This document shows positions 55,700 through 64,000 of a DNA stretch of 64,000 bases, piece by piece. Below the pieces are notes generated by a model. It did not search any database. It saw only the letters and a program-made list of their open reading frames with translations, and was not told where the DNA came from. Origin of the DNA: Hamiltosporidium tvaerminnensis FI-OER-3-3 (taxonomy: Eukaryota > Fungi > Microsporidia); contig JAKIMF020000007.1 in NCBI GenBank assembly GCA_022605425.2, positions 1-64,000 of the forward strand, in the 5' to 3' direction. The position numbers were made by a program, and so were the translations under genes. Position 1 is the first letter of the stretch. Each line of letters opens with the position of its first letter.

Positions 55700-57900
55700 T
55701 AATATTAGTATTGCGACCCTATCTGTTTATGAGCCACGTGTGATTTGTGTGATGTTTTTTTTTCTAATAAATGTCTTACTGGTTGTACATATATGTTAGA
55801 ACATATTACACCTAACACTTAAAGGTTTTTTGATAAATACTTTCGCAAAGAACCATAACTAAATTTCTGAGCATTATTTACTCTTGTAAATTTTACATTA
55901 CTTAGATTTACTTTGCAAAAATCTATTGCGTAGAAATGAAAACATTGGATTATATTTATATTTTCACTTTTTATTATTTTTTGTGGTACCTTAATGGTAT
56001 TTAGACTAATACACTTACTTCTTCTCTTCTTTTATAAATTTTTTTTTGAAAGTAAAAATTCTATCTTGTTCGAACTCATTTTACGGATTAAATAAATTAT
56101 ATTTATAAATTGAATTTGATTTGAATTATTTCTTAGTTTGTAGCAAATTTTTTGTGTTTTGTACTGATTGAAAAAACTAAATATTATTCTTTAATATATG
56201 TTTTAATTAACGAAAGATGTTTAATTTCGAATTGTAGAGTTTTTTTATCTATTAAATATTTTATTTAATTTCCTTCTGATCTACCCGGAATATTTTGACT
56301 TGTATTTAATATTTGATATTCGTCAATATTTTAGTTTTAAAAGCTATTAGGCCATGTTTAGCATTTTATTAGAGTTATCTTCAATTTTCTTCCATAAACA
56401 TGTAAAGAGAAGTCAGCCATGATTTATTCTGGTTTCTTTTATATACTATATACTATATACTCCAAGAATATGGATTTTAATTTATTTCATTTATATGACC
56501 AGAATTCTATATTTTGAATCTAAATAAACTAGTAGATCCCTTTATAGTATATTAAATTATAGGAATTACTGTTATATAACAAATATATTTTATAAAGACC
56601 ATCGTATATTTGGCGTAATCTGTAAGACTATAAATAATTTGATAAAAGTAATATTGGAATCTTAGTGGATAAAATTGCTACATTAAGAATCATATGGTTT
56701 GCAATATTAAAAAATGATGTTTTATTGTATTGTTATGATTCTGAAATAAATAAACTCAGATCATTCTTTTTGTAAATGTTTCTTTATAAACAAATAAAAT
56801 TTACAGCTGTTAAAATCCATACGGGTTCAAATATTTTCTATTAAAATAGACTCTACTATAGAATTTTTCTTTAAGTTTAAAATTTATATATTATATTCTT
56901 ATAATAAAGTTTAAAGCGGTTTAATTAAATAAATTCATTTTCTTAAATCTCATTTCAAAATATAAAACTATCTAAACTAAAAAATTGTTAATTATTTTAA
57001 ATCAGTTAGATTTCTCTCTTTTGAACAAATCCTTACAAGGTTTTATAAATACTGCAACAGACAGAACAATCTTAAAGAAATACGTTAAAAATAAGAACGA
57101 TAATATAGAATCATAATATTTTTTAGAAATTGAATATGAAGAATTTTCGTACTCAGTTTGCTTAATAGTTTAAGTTAACCGAGAAAATATAACTTTAAAA
57201 TATTATTTACTTGAGTGTATAACAAGAATTATATAGAATGGTATATAAATATTCTTTAATTTATTTTGAAGGCTCAATCTGTATTTTGATGCACGCTTTT
57301 AATAAAAGCAATTTTACTGCCAAATTTTAAGCATTTAACTAAATCTACTTTACTAGGATAGTATCCTTATTACATAGAAGTTTCTAAATTTGAAATTTTT
57401 TATTTATCTTGCTGACTTATTTGAAAATACTCAACATGATAATTTTACGAGTATCAAATCTTCGTTACATCTAAATTTAAATATTCTTATGCTACAAATA
57501 ACTGTATTTAACTTAAGGTTAGTCATCATCTAGAATTAAAATGATTAAGGTACAAAAATTCTTTATTAAAATGTCTGATCTAAGATTATTAAGGTTTACA
57601 GCTACAATGTTGTTGGTATTTCGCCCGCTACTAAATTACTAGTTATATAATAACTTTTCAATTTTCTTTACCATCTTTTTAAGAGACTTCCCAATTATAA
57701 TCGCATTAAGAAGGTAATCATTTTATATTCTATACAAGAGAAATTTTATTAGAATCTTAAATACTTTTTCTTGTATTATTTCCACTTTTCTGAAACAAAA
57801 AACTCAATTTCCATAATAAAATATTCGGTTTATCGCACACATTTAAAACGTACGCGCATTAATATAATATTATTCATATTCTTCATTTTATATTTGTTGT
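55700..57900 (-). mobile_element. Decayed, internally deleted LINE ORF2 relic
   Basis: Minus-strand remnants: KPNILL (about 57830), NAIIIG (about 57705), DYAK/YD (56620-56600) and KYSG*I (56295-56278). The order is correct but the spacing is compressed. Confidence 0.4.
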
Positions 57901-60209
57901 ACAGAACCTTCTATTTTTCATTTATATTTTCAAGAAACAAGTAATATCATTTGAGAAATTTTAAAATTTCGTTTTATTACATTGGCAGGCTATAATATTT
58001 TATAAAAAAAAATTAAATAAAATATTGTAATCCGTTTAAATAGATTGGTAAATTTGAAAGTACTTAGTATCTTGTTAATTCATTAGTTTTTCTTTTGTAA
58101 ATGCTATATAATATATATTTAAAATTGGGTTAGGATATAGTAAAAGAAATATGAGTTTTTAATTATTTTGATTTTATAAAAGATTTTTAGCAGTACAGAG
58201 TAAAGAGTGATGTAAAATATATAGGGTTATTTTAGAATTAAAAGAGAATTACGTAATTATTAATATTGGCTTTTCATTTAAAAATTGATCTTTAACTAAA
58301 AAAAAATGTTCTAAGGATTATTAGATTTATCAGTGAAATTCGATTTAAGTATTTTTTATTTCTTTTAGATTAAATCATTCATAAAGAATATAATATTTTA
58401 GATTATTTTAATTTTAGTTTCTTCTGTTTTTACCTATTTTGGTCTGTATAGAGTTTTTTATAAATGAATTTGAGTCGAGTTTAAATTTTATACTTTCCTT
58501 CATTACATGTTTTTTTTATATAAGCCCAATTTTAAATTCTTTACAGATATCTAAATTTATGGTAGCCCATCTTAGTGCACTAATGACCGTAAAATTATGA
58601 TATAATAGGAAAGATGATATATGTCGAGAGATATCGGATCAAATAAATTTATGAAGCATTTTTTGGGTGATTCCTTTTGAAAGAATCAATATTTGTTCAA
58701 AATTTAGAGACATAATGCGAAGTCGAATCAAACATCAAAGTTATTCTAAGAAGATTACACCTAATTGTACATAAAGTGATATTAATTTTTTATTATCAGA
58801 TATATATATCTTTTTTGTTTTAAGATTATCCATTTAGTCAATGCTAACTTTTTTTTAAGGATAAATTCTATATTTATTTGCTGTATCATAATTTATTTTG
58901 TAACTATCAAATATGATTTGAATTTTAATTATGTGGAATAATGTTATGAGATTTAAATTTTCATGTCCTGAAAATATATTAAACGAATTCTAAATATTTT
59001 TAATTTTTTTGCTGTTATAATTTACCTTTAAAATCGCTACTTACTTATTTAATACATTATAGAAGCAACTGGGAAAAATATAAATATATATATTAAACCA
59101 ATTTACAAAAAAATATATTTTTTATTTATTATTGTAATACGAAATGAGTTATTATATATACTGAAGAATATTAATTATGTTAATGAAATTGATTTTTATT
59201 AGAGTTTTTGCTTTAAATTTGTTGATTAAACAAATTGATCAAAAAAGAGATTTACTAAATTCCGTGTATCTCTCTATATTAATATTCTTAGTGTATATCT
59301 TTATATAAAAATTTGAAATAAGTTTAATTCATTTGCAGAGTTTTCGATATTGTCTTTACTTGATTAGGTAACATTGTAGATTTTACTTTTTTTATATAAT
59401 TTTTAAGTTATTTACAAAATCTAGAGCTAATAAATAAATTTAACTCTAAATGTTTTCTTATAAGCAAAAAAAAAAGCACCTTAGATGAAAATAAAATATT
59501 ATTATACCTTATCAAGATATCATAAATAAATTGGTCAATACTCTATTTTTTCTATCTTATATTCATTTCTAGATATATAAGTATCATTTTTGATCTTTTT
59601 TTATATCTACTAATTTATTGTAAACAATTTGAAATGAAAATTTCTTTTTGTCCTAAAATTTTTAACGTTTCAGATTTTTCTTATATTAAAAATATATCAA
59701 AATGTATATTTTAAGAAATGTTTAAATGATCTCTTTTCTTTTATAAAATATATAAATTTTTAAAAGTTACTAAATATAACTTTAAATAAATTACTTATTT
59801 AGTCATTTTAACATTTGAATTATCTAATTGTAAGTTAAATTTGTTAGTATTTTAATACTAATCTAGACAAGATATTGTTTTTCTAATAAAATAGGAATTT
59901 AAAATACTTCGTAGCAAAGAATCAAATTTTATTTTTTTGTAATTTAAATCCAAGGCAAAAGTAGTTTTAAAAGCAATCAAAAACTTCAACGTTTTATATA
60001 AAGCATACTTTTATTTATCAATCTCTCATTGAAAATCGATGTTCTAATTAATTAAAATATTTTTTAAAATTGTATTTTTCTAAAAAACAAAATAAAAATC
60101 AAATTTGAATTTTTATATTTGTAAATTCAGAATTTTATTTACTCAGCATAAAAAAAAACTGATCTAAAAAAATAATGGTCGAGATACATTATATTCGTTT
60201 TAAGCTGTT

Positions 60210-61862
60210 TCAAATCTAATCTTAGTAAATTTTATCTTTTTTTCTTTTTGATGTCTATTCTAGATATTTTTTAAACATCATAATTCAGCATCATCGTAAA
60301 CTTATGAAAATTTAAAGTAATTTGCAAGAAATAAAGAAGAAAATTTTTTTATTGAAGTTTTTCTTTTAAAAACAATTGTGTGTATTAAATAAAAATGTTG
60401 ACACATTCCTCTGTTTTAAAAATTTGCTTTATCAACTTTAAATATATATTCCCAATAATTTTAAAAAACCTATTGTTTCACTTATAAAAGTATGAGCAAT
60501 TGATAATTGAAACCATTTTTTATTTAAATAAGTTTTTTAGAATTTTCTGTGGAAATAAATGTTTTCATTACGTTTTTAAGAATATTTTTAATTTATTTTT
60601 AGATTTTCTAAATTTTAATAAAGTACAAAACTATTACGGTAATTTTTCAACGTATCATAATTCTTAGTTGTATAAAAATTTATTACTTAAATGTAGGTTT
60701 AAAGTTGTATATTAGAAATACTATAATTAATACACGTAAAACCCAATATAAAATAGAATCAAGATTTCTAAGGTTAAAATACACAATACTTGACTATTTT
60801 TTCATTCCTTTGAATATTTAATTGAAAAATAAAGAAATGAAATAAATTAAAGCATATGTAGTCTTTTATTTTTAAAAATATGTTCGCTCCAATAAAAAAA
60901 CATAATTATTTGAGCCATAAGGCTTTGCAAACCAGAAGTAACATAAAAAAATCATAACTGACATAAGACACTCATCTATGCAGTTCAAATATCAAAGCTT
61001 AATACGAAGAAACTTGTAAATCTAATTTTTTCTAAAATATTTTTAGTTTCAATAGTTTTCTGGTTTTTATTGAATGGTTTTAGAAAAAATTAAATTTTAC
61101 CTTTCAACGAGAGCTCTATATACAATTAAAGTAAAATGTATGACTTTAGCTTTGATTAAAACGAACTTTATTTTTTAAAATTATATTCATATACGTCTAA
61201 ATAATCTTTAAAAAGCAAATATAGGATTTAATTGCTTTTATTATTTACTGCGCATCATCTATTTACTGTATATCCGTAAAAAAAAGGACATTCATCCTAT
61301 TGTAAATCATCCAATACTTGAGAAACTGAGAGATAGCTACTTTCGTATTGTATTATCTAGGAAGATATATTAAGATGAATGCAAGTAAATTCATTATATT
61401 GTATAACAAAGCATATCTTTACATATTCTTAAATATCGGTTTTTAAATTACATATCGTGATGCATATTAGACAAGTTCTAATATATCTCGCATCCTTTAT
61501 GGGTATTTTTAGTCTAAGTTTATAAATTTTCTACTTCTATTAAGATTTTTATATGTCACGATAGATTTTTTTAATTATTTAGAAACTTCAAATGTCGGTC
61601 AAATGTTGAAGGGTAGACACTGTGAATCGTACTTTATAAATGAGAATCGTTTAATTAACTTAAGGCTGTGTAGATTTCTGTTATAAAAGTTTGTGTAAAA
61701 AGTTTTATGTAGATTTATTTTAAAGTTTTCAGGATTATTAGTTTTGGCTCAAAGCTTTTGTTGGATTTGTTTACATCAAATATATTTATATATAGCTATA
61801 AATCATGCAAAAGATAAATTTCCTGTTCTTATAAGGATACAACATAATTTAAATTGTTCCAT
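60210..61862. repeat. Dispersed duplication B, copy 2 (partner about 28700-30310)
   Basis: See the anchors listed for copy 1. Confidence 0.85.
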
Positions 61863-62699
61863 ATCTTGCTAAAATAATGAAATAAATTCATGGTACATAA
61901 AATTTGAATTTTTTTATAAAAAGTCTCATTTATTAAAGAATAGGATAGTTTATTATCAAACCAACGACTTACAATTTTTAAATTTATATGAAAATTATTT
62001 TAATAATAATAAATTATAAAATTATGAACCTTAGACACATTCTTTTGCTAATAATTTTAAGTACTTAGCTATTCTCTTTAGATTTCCTACAACAGTCACA
62101 ATGGATAAAGCGAATAGTAAAACATTTAATATGAATAATTCATAAAAAATTTACAATAAAACTTTATCATATAAAAGAAAAATTGAAATCTACAAAAGAA
62201 TATAAAAATATTTGATATGTCATGATTTTCTTTAGGAATTTATTATATATCAAAACAAGTTGACAATATATACCAACCATGCCATGGAGATTTATTCATT
62301 TCTCATTAAGAGTAACCCTTTATTATAAAAAAGCTGAGATTAAAAGAAATACAAATGTATATCGACGCGTAACTCCTATAAAAATGTATAAGCAAAAAAA
62401 TATCAATTGTTTAATAAATTTAAAACCAGAATTAACCGGTGAATGTTTTTATGCAAGGCTTCAACGTTCAATTTCGATAGCCATCTTCCCAAGCTCTTTA
62501 TATTTTCTATCAACTTTTTATTAAAAGGGCCACCATCATTTAACTTATAAATTTTTAAAGAAAAATTTAAAATATTTTCTTTCCAAATTCTATCATGCAA
62601 AGGTACTTTTTCATATTTCCGTATTTTGAAGAACACATAAAATTATATTGTTCAAAAATAAATTTTTTACGCATTTAAGTTCTGTGCTCACCGCTACAT

Positions 62700-63060
62700 A
62701 ATATATTTTCTGTTTTTTAACCAAGAGGCATGGATTGTATTTACAATTTAACACCGAGTAAGGATTGTGGTTTGCTTTGTCATTTATATCTTTAGATTAC
62801 ATATTTCCGCATCAAATTTGATCATATAAAATCTGTATCAGTTTATCTAGATGTTTTTCAACCAATTATCAATATATTCGGTTACCTCAACCAGAGCTTT
62901 CTTCACGACCCGCCCCTTTGTATTAATAATTTGGCTATTTTGTATTAAATATCACAGATTTGACACTAATGTAGAAACAGGGTCGATTTGAACAAATTTA
63001 AAGAATTAATTAGAATATCTGGTTCGGATCCCATATTGAAACTTTTCTATTTGTATGTAA
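62700..63060 (-). pseudogene. Possible ankyrin-repeat gene relic
   Basis: One minus frame reads MGSEPDIL...STLFLH*CQICDI*YKIAKLLIQRGGS (about 63035-62905, cf. GADPN...TPLHxA...EIVKLLLxxGA). It is followed in a shifted frame by KHLDKLIQIL...KDINDKANHNP. Confidence 0.4.
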
Positions 63061-64000
63061 GATGATATTGGATTTTTCAATCAAACTTTCATTAGAATAA
63101 TTAAGTACCAATGCCAATTATCTATTTTTTTACATCTCATCCAAATAAGTATATACTTAATCTCATAAAGAAAAAATTGATATTGAATTATTGTTTAGAT
63201 ACATTCTTTGTATGTATTTTAATTTTTCATTTTTTCCATTTTTCAGTCCACTTTTCTTCTTTTGCTTTTAATTTAAATTTTTCTGTAAAGGAAGATCTGT
63301 TCATATTCAAAACATGAAGGGTAAAGGTTTGCAAAAAATAGATGAAAGCAATCTTTAAAAAAAAATTATTCTTAAGCAGATTTATACAACAATAAAACTC
63401 CTAATATTCTAAATATAGTTCTAAAGCTTATAATATTTATATTTTTTTATTGTTTCTACAATAAGGAAAATTTTACAGAAATGTAATTTCAATATATCAG
63501 CTTTCCATAAATGATCCCAGTTTTTTTTTAACATTGGCAAATTTAAAAATTCACTAAAAATTAACTTCTAAAAATCCATTTGTATTGTAAGAGATCTTTA
63601 AAATAGAAGAAAATTTTATTCTTAATGTTTTTAATTTATATCTTAGACGTAAATTTTCTTTTTTAGCTGTAAATCACAATTAAAAAGAATGGAAAATTAT
63701 TTTAATGTGCTTATATTGTAAAATACTCTAAAAAAATATTTCTTTTATATTTTGCTGTATGTAAGAGATTTTGGTCTAATTTTGATCTGTATTTTAATTA
63801 ATAATTTTCGAAAAACTTTACTTTGTTATTCCTCTAACAGAATATACATTAAAAAGTTATATGTTAAAAGTTTAACAGAAACATATGGGAAGATAATTTA
63901 TTTCTAAAGTAGACAAACAGATATTCAAAGTTCGAGAAAATATTTTAGTTCAGAATATTTAAATTAATTTCAAGTTATTAAAAACTTTTATATTTTTATA

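Noticed and set aside
6800-58230. Isolated TTAGGG hexamers as interstitial telomere remnants; CRISPR, tRNA or rRNA genes
   Set aside because: Only single hexamers occur, at about chance frequency. I recognised no regularly spaced repeat-spacer array or structured RNA gene, and the 38-nt block recurs at 9-21 kb spacing inside gene copies.
5824-63317. Most listed 60-100 aa ORFs as real genes (e.g. 5824-6024, 18023-18331, 43046-43321, 46344-46553, 47785-47997)
   Set aside because: Their F/I/L/K/Y-rich composition is expected from AT-rich noise, and several are antisense to family A exons or lie inside LINE relics.

Overview
Left end of a eukaryotic chromosome. Positions 1-1638 are a nearly perfect (CCCTAA)n telomere (TTAGGG type, about 273 units). 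It joins abruptly to about 62 kb of very AT-rich subtelomeric DNA (roughly 20-25% GC, estimated by eye) with no intact gene. The longest listed ORF is 102 aa, and most listed ORFs look like noise or antisense frames. Manual six-frame reading shows two interleaved components. (1) About a dozen heavily decayed non-LTR (LINE-like, APE endonuclease plus reverse transcriptase) relics in both orientations, including one fused directly to the telomere and one near full length at about 22.2-26.3 kb. (2) Five diverged, all minus-strand (telomere-pointing) copies of an unrecognised multi-exon gene, here called family A. It has conserved 47-81 nt GT-AG introns and an almost invariant 38-nt block, and it lies within several old segmental duplications (about 7.4 kb, 3.5 kb, 1.6 kb and 0.7 kb). 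A possible ankyrin-repeat relic lies near 62.7-63.1 kb. TTAGGG telomeres, short introns and extreme AT content are compatible with an early-diverging fungus or a protist, but the organism cannot be determined from this window. Boundaries of decayed elements are approximate (about 100-300 nt).
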